Shown: piece after piece, positions 19,137 through 28,499 of the stretch
Position numbering within the stretch: the first letter of the stretch is position 1
Layout of the letters: each line of letters opens with the position of its first letter
Origin: Thermoplasmata archaeon UBA61
GTDB lineage: Archaea; Thermoplasmatota; Thermoplasmata; Lutacidiplasmatales; UBA184
Direction: 5' to 3'
NCBI GenBank assembly: GCA_002503985.1
Contig: DASW01000006.1
Coordinates: 30,080 to 94,079 of the forward strand
DNA length: 64,000 nt
Notes under the pieces: generated by a model
Seen by the model: only the letters and a program-made list of their open reading frames with translations
Databases searched by the model: none
Told to the model about the DNA's origin: nothing
Position numbers and translations under genes: made by a program

Positions 19137-19814
19137 TCAGATAGGTCGGAACCCCCGGCGCATCCGGAGGACGGTCGTTCGCCACTCGTAGCGAACGCGC
19201 TCCGGGAACGAGAGCGACCGGCCCCCCGCGGTTTGGGTACCGGCGTGCAGGGAGCGAAGGACCGCCTCGACACGGTTCGTCCCTTCCGGAAACTCTGTGT
19301 AGGCGCGGCCCAGGTCGTAGAGCGCGTGCACGTCGCTCCCCCCGGTGGCTCCGAGCCCTCGACGCTTCGCCTCGGCCGCGGCCTTCCGGTTCGCCCCGGG
19401 GGAGTTGTGGCCGTTCACGGTCTCGAGCGCGTTCACGCGGGCGCTCTCCGCGACCGCGTGTCCGACCCCATGCGCGCGCCGGAACGGATGGGAGAGCACG
19501 GACACGCCGCCGTGATCCCGCACCCACTCGACCGCCTCGGCCACCGACCGTTGGGAAGGCGGGGCCTGGGAGACGCCGTAGGCGAGGAGATGGCCCTCGA
19601 CCGTGGAGACCTCGACCCCCGGCAGGAGGATGAGCTCGGGAAACTTCGCTTGCACGGCCGCGAGCTCTCCGTGACCGGCCACCGTGTTGTGGTCCGTGAG
19701 GGCGAAACCGTTCAACCCGACCGCCGCGAGCCCCGAGACGATTGCCTCGACCGAGAGCTCGGAGTCGGGGGAGTGTCGGGAGTGGACGTGCAGGTCGAGG
19801 CGAACGCGGCCCAT
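19137..19814 (-). CDS. PHP-domain metal-dependent phosphoesterase
   Basis: LDLHVHSRHSPDS and FALTDHNTV are PHP motifs I and II. The start at ATG 19814..19812 overlaps the metG stop by 1 nt (TGATG). 225 aa. Confidence 0.75.
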   Translation of the reverse strand: MGRVRLDLHVHSRHSPDSELSVEAIVSGLAAVGLNGFALTDHNTVAGHGELAAVQAKFPELILLPGVEVSTVEGHLLAYGVSQAPPSQRSVAEAVEWVRDHGGVSVLSHPFRRAHGVGHAVAESARVNALETVNGHNSPGANRKAAAEAKRRGLGATGGSDVHALYDLGRAYTEFPEGTNRVEAVLRSLHAGTQTAGGRSLSFPERVRYEWRTTVLRMRRGFRPI

Positions 19815-22147
19815 CAGCGAACCTTGGCTCCCACGGCCACGGGTTCGGAGGGTTGGGGGCCGCTCCCGGGTCCGAAGGCGAGGGTCTCCGCTCGGCCGCC
19901 TTCTCCCGGCGCTCGCCGTACGACGACCCATGCGCCGGTGGGCCAAGCCCCCGGAACTTCGACCTCGGTCCCGCCGACGTCGACCCGTACGCGTCCATCG
20001 GTCGAAGGGCCGGTCACCCGCCCGACCGTGAGCGAGGTGGCGGAGAACTCCTCGTAGGAGATGGTTCGGTCGGAGGAGCCTCGGTCCTCGAGGAACGTCC
20101 CTGGGGGAACCCCTTCGGGGGGCGCGAGGAGGACCGCGCGTTCCCCGGCTTCGGCGGCGAGCACCATTCCCTGCGACGTCATGCGGCGGATCGTTCGCGG
20201 GGCGAGGTTGGTGAGCAGGACGACCGGGCGGTCCTTCAGCGCCACGGTCGTGTAGGACGAGCGTAACCCGGCGACTAGCGTCCGGGGAACGCTCGCGCCC
20301 ACGTCCACCTCGAGCACGTAGAGCTTGTCGGCGGACGGATGCACCACGGCGCTGCGAATGACCCCTGCGCAGACCGCGAGCGGTGGCCACTCCCCTTCGG
20401 CGGTCGCTGACCCCACCGGGGTCGCCGCGGGAGCGGGCGCGGGCTCGGGTTCCGGACGCGGGAACAGCGGGCGGACCTCCCCCAGGGTCTGGCCGGGCGG
20501 CACCGGGACGAGCGCCACGTCCCATTCCCCCGGTCCGGGGGGACCGGCGAACCCGAGCATCCGGAAGACCTCGGTGCTGGAGAACGGCAGCACGGGGGAG
20601 AGCCAGGTCGCGATGGCCTTCAAGCGCCAGAGCGTTTCGTAGAGGGTGCGGCTTCGCTCCGCCTCGGAGGCCTGCCAGGGACGGGCTTCGTGGAACCGTC
20701 GGTTCGCCTCACGAACCTCTTCGAGCGCGAGGTCGAGGGCTTCCTTGAGGTGGACCCTCTCGTACTCCTCGGTGATCTTCGCGTGGGCGCTCTTCAGGCG
20801 CTCCCCGATCCCGGCGGTGGCGGTCCCGGAGTTCCAGCCGTCCGGCGGCGTGGGGACCTTGCCAGCGTAGCGGTCCCGGGTGAGGACGAGCGTCCGTTGG
20901 ACGAGGTTCCCGTACTGGTTCGCGAGGACCTCCTCGCGGAGCTGCCGGAACTCGTCCCAGTCGAGCTCGGTATCGTGGTTCTGGGGAGCGAGAAGGGCCG
21001 CGTAGAACCGGATGACATCCGGAGGGTAGTTCGCGAGGAGCGAGGGAATGAACGCGTCGGCCTCCGCGGTCCGCGTCTTCGAGACCTTCCGGCCTTCGAC
21101 CAGCAGCCACTCGTTCGCGGGCACGTCGTATGGGAGCTGAAGACCGCCGGCCCCGAGGAGGATGCCGGGCCAGATGATCGTGTGGTGAAACTTGTTGTCC
21201 TTGCCGACGAAGTAGTACTGACGGACCGGCTCGCGGGCGTCCCAGTAGGCCTGCCAGGCGTCCGGGCGTCCGATCCGGATCGCCCACTCCTTCGAGGCAG
21301 AGAGGTATCCCGTCACCGCGTCAAACCAGACATAGAACCGTTTCGAGTCGTACCCGTCGAGCGGGATCGGGACCCCCCAATCGAGGTCGCGGGTAATCGG
21401 CGTCGGGTGGAGACCCTCCTTGAGGAAGTTCTCCGCGACGCGCAGGGTGCCCGGGCGCCAGTGCCTCTGACGGCCGAGGTACTCGGTGAGCTTCCCCTGA
21501 AGTTTGTCGAGCTCGAGGTAGAAGTGCTCGGAGGGTCGGAACTCGGCGGTCGTTCCGCAGAGCGTGCATTTCGGGCTTCCGAGCTGACCCGGCTCGAGGG
21601 GGCGGCCGCAGCTGTCGCACTCGTCGCCGCGGGCGCTCTCGAAGCCGCAGTTCGGGCAGGTCCCGACGAGGTACCGGTCCGGCAGGAAGCGGCGGTGCTG
21701 CGGGCAGTAGGCCCCCTCGGCCGTCCGCCGGGCAATGAACCCCGCCTCGAGGAGGTCGAGGAACAGCTCCTGGACGGTCCTCTCGTGGACGAGGGTGTGC
21801 GTGCTCGTGAACAGGTCGAACGAGAACCCGAGCCGCTCGAACGCCTCCTTGTTGACGGCATGGTAGCGCTCGGCGAGGGCCGCTGTCGGGATCCCCTCCT
21901 TCTCGGCTCGGACGAGCGTCGGCGTGCCATGCATGTCAGAGCCCGAGACCATCAGGACCTCGTCCCCTCGCAGCCGATGGAACCGGGCGAAGATGTCGCC
22001 GGGAAGGTAGGCGCCCGCGAGGTGGCCCAGGTGGAACGGGCCGTTGGCGTACGGCCACGCGATGCCGATGAAGATCCGTGCCACGTCCGGCCTCCGAGGG
22101 TTACCCCGAGTCGGCCTGCGACCTAAGCGTTTCGCGAGAGGCCGCAC
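19814..22147 (-). CDS. metG: Methionyl-tRNA synthetase with C-terminal tRNA-binding (EMAP/Trbp111-like) domain
   Basis: HIGH motif (PFHLGHL), zinc knuckles (CPNCG...CDSCG, CTLCG), KMSKS-like GRKVSKT, and a C-terminal domain (LAVCAGVIRSAVVHPSADKLYVLEVDVG). Possible GTG starts at 22147 or at 22084, just before ARIFIG. Confidence 0.9.
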   Translation of the reverse strand: MRPLAKRLGRRPTRGNPRRPDVARIFIGIAWPYANGPFHLGHLAGAYLPGDIFARFHRLRGDEVLMVSGSDMHGTPTLVRAEKEGIPTAALAERYHAVNKEAFERLGFSFDLFTSTHTLVHERTVQELFLDLLEAGFIARRTAEGAYCPQHRRFLPDRYLVGTCPNCGFESARGDECDSCGRPLEPGQLGSPKCTLCGTTAEFRPSEHFYLELDKLQGKLTEYLGRQRHWRPGTLRVAENFLKEGLHPTPITRDLDWGVPIPLDGYDSKRFYVWFDAVTGYLSASKEWAIRIGRPDAWQAYWDAREPVRQYYFVGKDNKFHHTIIWPGILLGAGGLQLPYDVPANEWLLVEGRKVSKTRTAEADAFIPSLLANYPPDVIRFYAALLAPQNHDTELDWDEFRQLREEVLANQYGNLVQRTLVLTRDRYAGKVPTPPDGWNSGTATAGIGERLKSAHAKITEEYERVHLKEALDLALEEVREANRRFHEARPWQASEAERSRTLYETLWRLKAIATWLSPVLPFSSTEVFRMLGFAGPPGPGEWDVALVPVPPGQTLGEVRPLFPRPEPEPAPAPAATPVGSATAEGEWPPLAVCAGVIRSAVVHPSADKLYVLEVDVGASVPRTLVAGLRSSYTTVALKDRPVVLLTNLAPRTIRRMTSQGMVLAAEAGERAVLLAPPEGVPPGTFLEDRGSSDRTISYEEFSATSLTVGRVTGPSTDGRVRVDVGGTEVEVPGAWPTGAWVVVRRAPGEGGRAETLAFGPGSGPQPSEPVAVGAKVR

Positions 22148-22184
22148 GCGCAGCCCCCGCGGTGCGAGCGGGCCCGTGCATCGG

Positions 22185-22192
22185 CTTTATTC
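22185..22192 (+). promoter_or_regulatory. TATA-like box (ctttattc) in the divergent metG/thyX intergenic region
   Basis: Lies 22-29 nt upstream of the thyX ATG (22214), so thyX looks leaderless. The same motif family recurs at 51993 and 17911. Confidence 0.5.
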
Positions 22193-22213
22193 TCCCAGGC
22201 CCTCCCGGGCGAC

Positions 22214-23119
22214 GTGACCGAAGAGCCGCCGATGGTGCGCCCCGTCGTCCCCGAGGCGGAGCGGGAGATCGGGGTGAAGCACCCGGTCCTCACCCACGGC
22301 TACGTCGTCCTCGTGGACTACATGGGGAACGATGCGGCGATCGTCCAGGCGGCGCGCGTCTCCTACGGGAAGGGGACGAAGGCGGTCCAAGACGACCGAG
22401 GCCTCATTCGGTACCTGATGCGACACCGCCACACGACGCCGTTCGAGATGGTCGAGTTCAAGTTTCTCGTCCGGCTCCCCATCTTCGTCGCCCGTCAGTG
22501 GATCCGCCACCGGATGGCCTCCGTGAACGAGTACAGCGCGAGGTACTCGATCGTCCCCGACGAGTTCGAGATTCCCCCGGTGGAGGAAGTACGGCACCAG
22601 TCGACCCGAAACCGGCAGGGACGCGGTGAGGCGCTCCCCACCGAGGTGGTCGAGCGGTTCCGGACGGACCTCGACCGGATCTCGAAGGACGCGTACAGCG
22701 CCTACACCCGTTCGCTTGAGGCCGGCGTCGCTCGGGAGACCGCCCGGCTCCTCCTGCCCGTCGCCTACTACACGCAATGGTACTGGAAGACCGACCTCTG
22801 GAACCTCTTCCACTTCCTGTCGCTGCGCCTCGACCTCCACGCCCAGGAGGAGATCCGGCTCTACGCGGCCGAGATGGCGAGGATCACCCGCCTGGTCGCT
22901 CCGGTCGCGTACGAGGCCTTCGAGGACTTCACGCTCTCGGGATTCTCGCTGAGCCGTCGCGAGCGCGTCGCGGTACGGTCGCTCTTGGAGGGGAAGACCC
23001 CGGAGGCGGCGTGTGCCGAAGCCGGCCTTCCGCTCACGCGCGAGGACGGGAAACCGATGACGAGCGGCGAGGGTGTCGAGTTCCTCGAGAAGCTCGCTCG
23101 GATCCGCTCCCCCGATTGA
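22214..23119 (+). CDS. thyX: FAD-dependent thymidylate synthase ThyX
   Basis: Carries the ThyX signature RHR..S.NE.S.RYS (RHRMASVNEYSARYS). 301 aa. Confidence 0.9.
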   Translation: MTEEPPMVRPVVPEAEREIGVKHPVLTHGYVVLVDYMGNDAAIVQAARVSYGKGTKAVQDDRGLIRYLMRHRHTTPFEMVEFKFLVRLPIFVARQWIRHRMASVNEYSARYSIVPDEFEIPPVEEVRHQSTRNRQGRGEALPTEVVERFRTDLDRISKDAYSAYTRSLEAGVARETARLLLPVAYYTQWYWKTDLWNLFHFLSLRLDLHAQEEIRLYAAEMARITRLVAPVAYEAFEDFTLSGFSLSRRERVAVRSLLEGKTPEAACAEAGLPLTREDGKPMTSGEGVEFLEKLARIRSPD

Positions 23120-24428
23120 CCCCGGGTCCGACCAGGCCCAAGTGGATGTCCATCACGTTCGTTCCCGTCGGCCCGGTCCTGAGGAGCGAGCCGAGGCGTT
23201 CGAGCGCGTCGTAGGCGGCGTGCCGGGCGAGCGCGCGGGAAATGTCGACCCCGACGCTCCGGGCCCGGTTCGCGGTCGTGCCATCGACCCAGCCTCCGGC
23301 CGCGTCCGTAGGCCCGTCGACCCCGTCCGTGCCCGCCGATAGGACCAGCGCGTTCCGACCGGCCAGGGTGCAGGCGCAGCCGAGCGCGAACTCTTGGTTT
23401 CGTCCCCCGCGCCCCGGATGGGGCCCGAGGATGACGGTCGTCTCCCCCCCGGCGATCAACGCCCGAGGTCGGTCCGACCGGTCGGAGAGAAGTCGCCGGG
23501 CGAACCGGGTCGCAGCGGTTCCGGTATCTCCGACGATAGGGCGTTCTAGGACCTCGGTCCGGTACCCGATGGCCCGCGCCCTGCGAGCCGCGGCCCGGAT
23601 CGCGGGAAGGTTCGAGCCGATGAGGACGAACGGAGCGGCGCGGAACCGAGGGTCCCCGGCCTTGGGCGTCTCGGCAAGCCGTCCCCGAGCCCCCTCGGCA
23701 AGGTGATGGATCACTCGACGAGGCAGCCGAGGTCCCAGGTGGTACCTCCGGACGACCGTGAGGGCGTCGTGGAAGGTGGACGGGTCCGGGACGGCCGGAC
23801 CTGAGCCGATGTCCTCCGGAAAGTCTCCGACCACGTCGGAGAGCGCGAGCGTCGCGAACTGGACCGCTCGGTCCGCCGCGGCGGCGAGCTGTCCTCCCTT
23901 GACCTGCGAGAGATGACGGCGGACGGTGTTCATTTCGCCGATCGACGCGCCCGAAGCGAGGAGGAGCTCCGTCGTTCGGGAGAGGTCCGCGGGTGTGAGC
24001 GCCCCGGTCGGTACCTCCGCGACCGTCGAACCGCCTCCCGAGACCAGGAACAGAAGAAGGTCGTTCGGGCCCGCGGCCTTTACGAACCGCAGGAGGGCTC
24101 GACCCGCGCGGAAGCTGCCCGCTCCCGGCACCGGGTGCTCTCCCCGGAGGAGCGAAAGTCCCGAGCCGGAGCCCGGATACCCCCGAGGTACGACCGCGAG
24201 GGCCTCGCTCGACCGCCCGACCGCCCGCGCGGCGGCGCCCACCATCGTCCCGGCCGCCTTTCCGATCGCGACCAGGCGAACGGTCCCGTCGGGGCCCAAT
24301 CGAAAGGAGTGCCGACCTACGTAGACGGTCGCGCCTCGGCGACGGAGGTTCGTGCGGACCGCCCGGGCGGGGTCGACCGCAGAGACCCCGGCCCGGAAGA
24401 TCCGCTCGGCGTCAGAAGCGAGGGTCAT
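23034..24428 (-). CDS. Glycerate 2-kinase (MOFRL family; DUF4147 + MOFRL domains)
   Basis: Internal LVSGGGS and a C-terminal TGPTGTNVMD MOFRL signature. The C-terminal 25-30 aa run antisense into the 3' end of thyX, giving an 86-nt convergent overlap. Confidence 0.8.
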   Translation of the reverse strand: MTLASDAERIFRAGVSAVDPARAVRTNLRRRGATVYVGRHSFRLGPDGTVRLVAIGKAAGTMVGAAARAVGRSSEALAVVPRGYPGSGSGLSLLRGEHPVPGAGSFRAGRALLRFVKAAGPNDLLLFLVSGGGSTVAEVPTGALTPADLSRTTELLLASGASIGEMNTVRRHLSQVKGGQLAAAADRAVQFATLALSDVVGDFPEDIGSGPAVPDPSTFHDALTVVRRYHLGPRLPRRVIHHLAEGARGRLAETPKAGDPRFRAAPFVLIGSNLPAIRAAARRARAIGYRTEVLERPIVGDTGTAATRFARRLLSDRSDRPRALIAGGETTVILGPHPGRGGRNQEFALGCACTLAGRNALVLSAGTDGVDGPTDAAGGWVDGTTANRARSVGVDISRALARHAAYDALERLGSLLRTGPTGTNVMDIHLGLVGPGVNRGSGSERASRGTRHPRRSSSVSRPRA

Positions 24429-25611
24429 CCCCGCCCTCGAGCGTGAATCCCGGTTTGATCGGGAACGCCGCGAAGGGACCGGTGAACCGCCCGGGCAGGA
24501 CCGTCCGGATCTTCTCGAGTTCGCGCTCGGAGCCGTCCCCGACGGCGAGGACCGCGGCGAGACGAGCCGCCGCGCCTCCGGCGCGCATCACGCCGAAGCC
24601 GTTGAACCCGGTGATCGTGTAAAGGCCGCTCGCGCCGGGCACCGGCCCGATCAGGGGGCGACGGTCGGGGGTCGCGACGCACACTCCCGCCCACGCCCGG
24701 ACGAGCTCGGCGTCCGCCCACCCGGGGAACCGGCTCCCGAAGCTCTCCGCGAGATGGGTCACGAACTGCTCGTCGCCCCCGGTGGAGAAGCGGTCGGGGT
24801 CGGCTTCGACACGTTCGGTGCCGTCACCGGCGAGGATCCGGCCGTTCTCCTCGGGCCGGACGTAGACGTCCAGGTCGATGTCATGGACCGACGGGAACAT
24901 TCGGGTATCGAGAGTGGAGGGACGCAGGACCGCCGCTTGCGTTCGGTAGGGAGCGAGCGGGAGGGGATGCCCCACGGAGGCGAGAAGGCGCTTGGACCAG
25001 GCGCCGGCGGCGACGACGGCCCGGCGGGAGAGGGTCGTCTGTCCCGCCACCGTGAGCTCCCAACGGTCCCCTTCGCGGGCAAACCGGCTGGCGGGAGTGC
25101 CGAGCACAAAATCGACCCCCAGCTCGCGGGCCCTCTCGGCGTAGAGGTCGCCCATGGTGCTGGCCGTGACGACCGCGTCGTCCGGGCTCCAGATCGCGCC
25201 CAGAACGTCGTCGAACCGTCCCCACGGTACCTTCTCCGCGAGGGTGGGGGGGTCCAGGACGGAGACCGGGACCGACCAGCTCCGCAGCCGCTCGACGGCC
25301 GCCTCGAGGACCGGGACCGCCTCCCGGGCCTTGGTCCACCGGGCGAACCCGTTGACCGCGAACGCGGACCGGTCGTACCGGTCGGCGAGATGGGCGTACT
25401 CCTCCTTCGATTCCCGGGCGACCGCGACGTCCCAGGGGTCCCACAGCTGCTCGGTGACGATCCCGGCGGCACGCCCGGTCGCTCCGGCGGCGGGGGTCTG
25501 CGGGTCGTAGACGACCACGGGATCGACCCCGCGCCGGGCGAGATGGAAGGCGAGCGCGCATCCCGAGATGCCCGCCCCGAGGACGAGGACCTCCGCCCGA
25601 TCGTCGGCCAC
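24412..25611 (-). CDS. FAD-dependent oxidoreductase (DAO/glycine-oxidase-like)
   Basis: N-terminal dinucleotide fold VLVLGAGISGCALAFHLARRG. 399 aa. Confidence 0.75.
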   Translation of the reverse strand: MADDRAEVLVLGAGISGCALAFHLARRGVDPVVVYDPQTPAAGATGRAAGIVTEQLWDPWDVAVARESKEEYAHLADRYDRSAFAVNGFARWTKAREAVPVLEAAVERLRSWSVPVSVLDPPTLAEKVPWGRFDDVLGAIWSPDDAVVTASTMGDLYAERARELGVDFVLGTPASRFAREGDRWELTVAGQTTLSRRAVVAAGAWSKRLLASVGHPLPLAPYRTQAAVLRPSTLDTRMFPSVHDIDLDVYVRPEENGRILAGDGTERVEADPDRFSTGGDEQFVTHLAESFGSRFPGWADAELVRAWAGVCVATPDRRPLIGPVPGASGLYTITGFNGFGVMRAGGAAARLAAVLAVGDGSERELEKIRTVLPGRFTGPFAAFPIKPGFTLEGGDDPRF

Positions 25612-25634
25612 GACCGCCCGAGCCTCCCGGATGG

Positions 25635-26546
25635 TTAATACTGCGGCTTCGCGCGTTGGTAGGCGGTCTGGAGCGCCTGGGTGTCGACGTGGGTGTAGAT
25701 CTGGGTCGTCGCGACCGAGGCGTGGCCGAGCAGCTTCTGGATGTACCGGATATCGCAGCCGCGGGAGAGGAGCGCGGTCGCGAGGGTGTGCCGGAGCATG
25801 TGGGGAGTGACCCGACGAGGGATCCCCGCGGTCTGGGCCGCCCTACGAACGATCCGCTCGACCGTCACCGGTCCGACCGGGAAGAGGCGAGGGGTGGATT
25901 CTCCGGCGAGCGTCCGTTCCGTAAGGTAGCGGTCGATCGCGGCACGCGTGCGGTCCTCGAGGACGACCTCCCGGTCCTTGTCCCCCTTCCCGGAGCGCAC
26001 GTGCAGCACGTTCCGCGAGAACTCTAGGTCCTCGACCAGGAGGTGGCTGAGCTCGCTCACCCTTAGGCCGCAGAAGGCGAGGACGTGGACCATCGCATTG
26101 TCGCGCGGGGAGCCCTTCACGCTCTCGAGGAGGCGATGCATCTCCTCCTCGGTGAGATACCGGGGCAGCCGTTCGGGTCGTCGGGGCGCCTCGAGCTGGT
26201 CCGCGATGGCGAACCCGTAGCTCCGGAAGAGGCACGTCAGCCCGCGGACGGTGGTGTAGATGGAGTTCTTGGAGTAATGTCGCTGGAGCACGAGGTGCTC
26301 CCGGAACGCCTCGAGGTCCCGTAGCGTGACCTCATCTAGGGGCTTCTGGGCGAAGCTGAGGAACATTCGAGCGATGTGCCCGTACTGTTTCACCGTGCAC
26401 GGGCTTCGCTCCTGAGCCTGGAGCATCCGCTGGAACCGGCCGACGAGCTCGAGAACATTGAACTCCCCCGGCGCTGAGGCTCGAGAGGAGGAGGGCCCGC
26501 GTCGGGGCGCCGGAGCCGAACGCGGGATCGACGCGGAGGATGCCAT
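25635..26546 (-). CDS. xerA: Tyrosine site-specific recombinase, XerC/XerD family (archaeal XerA-like)
   Basis: Catalytic region HMLRHTLATALLSRGCDIRYIQKLLGHASVATTQIYTHV (R..H.R...Y) and an N-terminal SAM-like domain. 303 aa. Confidence 0.85.
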   Translation of the reverse strand: MASSASIPRSAPAPRRGPSSSRASAPGEFNVLELVGRFQRMLQAQERSPCTVKQYGHIARMFLSFAQKPLDEVTLRDLEAFREHLVLQRHYSKNSIYTTVRGLTCLFRSYGFAIADQLEAPRRPERLPRYLTEEEMHRLLESVKGSPRDNAMVHVLAFCGLRVSELSHLLVEDLEFSRNVLHVRSGKGDKDREVVLEDRTRAAIDRYLTERTLAGESTPRLFPVGPVTVERIVRRAAQTAGIPRRVTPHMLRHTLATALLSRGCDIRYIQKLLGHASVATTQIYTHVDTQALQTAYQRAKPQY

Positions 26547-26646
26547 CGCGCGTGGTTGGCCGGATTTCGCCTAATAATCGTATGCGCGGAGTGGAAGGCA
26601 ACTGGCCGCTCGTCGCTCAAATAGCTCCGGACCGTGGCGCTCTATC

Positions 26647-27585
26647 GTGCGGTGCTCCACCTGCGATGCCCCGGCGGTCATCGACCAGCCGTACCGGGGC
26701 GCCCATCTGTGCGCGTCGCACTTTCGGGAGTCCGTCGAGGAGCGAGTTCGGCGCGAGATGCATCGCCAGCTCCCTCGGTTCGGCCACGGCACGGTCGCGG
26801 TGGCGCTGTCGGGTGGCAAGGACAGCGGCGTCGCGCTCACGCTGGCCCACCGCTACTTCCGGCGACGGCCGACCGTCCGCATGGTTGCGCTGAGCGTGGA
26901 CGAGGGGATCGACGGGTACCGGGCCGGGACTCTGAAGGCCGCCCGGGCGCTCACCGACTCCCTGGGGGTGGAGCATCGGGTCGTGTCGGCCGAGGAGGCG
27001 ATCGGCACCACGATCGACCGGACCGCCTCCAACCTTCCGGGGACCGTTCCCTGTTCCTTCTGCGGCGTCTGGCGGCGTCAGCTCCTGAACCGCGCGGCCC
27101 GGGACGTTGGGGCCGACGCGCTCGTGCTCGGCTTCAACCTGGACGACCTCGCCCAGACGGTCCTCATGAACCTCGTTCGCGGGGACTTGGACCGTCTCGT
27201 GCGGATGGCCCCGCACCGGGTCCGACAGCCCGGGCTCGTCCCGCGGGTCGCCCCTCTCGCCCTCATCCCGGAGCGGGAAGTGTTCCTCTACGCCCAGCTG
27301 AAGCGGATCCCGCTCGACCACGGGGAGTGCCCCTACGCAGGCCGGGCCGCTCGAAACCTCTTCCGGGAGGTCGTCTGGCAGCTCGAGGAGGCCCAGCCGG
27401 GGACCCGCCAGTCGCTCCTGAAGACCCACGAGCGCCTCGTGACGCGGTTCCTCGCGCAGGAGGCCTCCTTGGCCGCTCCGGAACGCTGCCGGGCGTGCGG
27501 TGAGCCGGCCGCGACCGAGCTTTGCCGTGCCTGCGAGTACCTTGAGATTGCCCGGACCCTCCCCTCCATCCCGGAGACCTCATGA
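26647..27585 (+). CDS. PP-loop ATPase of the TtuA/NcsA (tRNA 2-thiolation) family with flanking zinc fingers
   Basis: GTG start. PP-loop SGGKDS. N-terminal CSTCD...C.SH and C-terminal CRACG...CRACE zinc fingers give the TtuA/Ncs6-type architecture. Confidence 0.7.
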   Translation: MRCSTCDAPAVIDQPYRGAHLCASHFRESVEERVRREMHRQLPRFGHGTVAVALSGGKDSGVALTLAHRYFRRRPTVRMVALSVDEGIDGYRAGTLKAARALTDSLGVEHRVVSAEEAIGTTIDRTASNLPGTVPCSFCGVWRRQLLNRAARDVGADALVLGFNLDDLAQTVLMNLVRGDLDRLVRMAPHRVRQPGLVPRVAPLALIPEREVFLYAQLKRIPLDHGECPYAGRAARNLFREVVWQLEEAQPGTRQSLLKTHERLVTRFLAQEASLAAPERCRACGEPAATELCRACEYLEIARTLPSIPETS

Positions 27586-28499
27586 CCGACATCGAACCCG
27601 TCCTCTCGGAGAGCGACCCTCGCGCATCGATCGCCCAACGGGTCTTCGTCGTAGGCGCGGGGATCATGGGCAGCGGCATCGCCGCCCAGTGCGCGCTCGC
27701 CGGCTACCCGGTGACGCTCGAGGACGTGAACGAGGAGCTCTCCCGGCGGGGGATCGCGAACGCGACGCGGGCGCTCGACCACGCCGTCCAGCGCGGCAAG
27801 GTCGCTGCGAGCGACCGCGATGCCGCGCTCGCTCGGATCGACTTCGCGATCGGGCTTCGGAGGGCCGATTCGGCCCAGATCGTCATCGAGGCGGCGCCCG
27901 AGGACCTCGCGCTCAAGCGGCGGATCTTCGCCGAGCTCGAGCCGGCAACCCACCCGACCGCGCTCCTCGCGACGAACACCTCCTCGCTCCCCATCACCGC
28001 GATCGGCCAGGACCTGAAGGACCCCGGGCGCCTGGTCGGGGTCCATTTCTTCAACCCGGTCCTCCAGATGCCGCTGGTCGAGCTGATCCCGGGCCACACC
28101 ACGCGCCCCGAGTACCTCGAGCGGGCGCGCTCTTTCGCCGTGAACCTGGGAAAGACGGTCGTCACCTCGCGCGACACTCCCGGGTTCGTCACGACCCGCG
28201 CCCTCGCCGTCCTCGTCAACGAGGCCGCGTGGATGCTCTACGAGGGCGTGGCGACCAAGGAGGACATCGACACCTCCTACAAGCTCGGCTTCCACCACCC
28301 GATGGGACCGTTCGAGCTGGTCGACCTCGTCGGGATCGACACCACGGTCTCCATCCTGGACGTCCTCTGGGACGGGTTCCGAGATAGCCGCTACCGTGCC
28401 TGCCCGCTCCTGCGCACCCTCGTCGCGGCCAAGAAGCTGGGCCGGAAGACCGGAGAAGGGTTCTACGTGTACCCTACCGGCAAGACGGGCGGACCGTGA
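27582..28499 (+). CDS. hbd: 3-hydroxyacyl-CoA (3-hydroxybutyryl-CoA) dehydrogenase
   Basis: The ATG overlaps the upstream stop (ATGA). Rossmann VFVVGAGIMGSGIAA, and the 3HCDH C-terminal domain (GFV.TR....NEA...EGVA...DID). Confidence 0.85.
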   Translation: MTDIEPVLSESDPRASIAQRVFVVGAGIMGSGIAAQCALAGYPVTLEDVNEELSRRGIANATRALDHAVQRGKVAASDRDAALARIDFAIGLRRADSAQIVIEAAPEDLALKRRIFAELEPATHPTALLATNTSSLPITAIGQDLKDPGRLVGVHFFNPVLQMPLVELIPGHTTRPEYLERARSFAVNLGKTVVTSRDTPGFVTTRALAVLVNEAAWMLYEGVATKEDIDTSYKLGFHHPMGPFELVDLVGIDTTVSILDVLWDGFRDSRYRACPLLRTLVAAKKLGRKTGEGFYVYPTGKTGGP

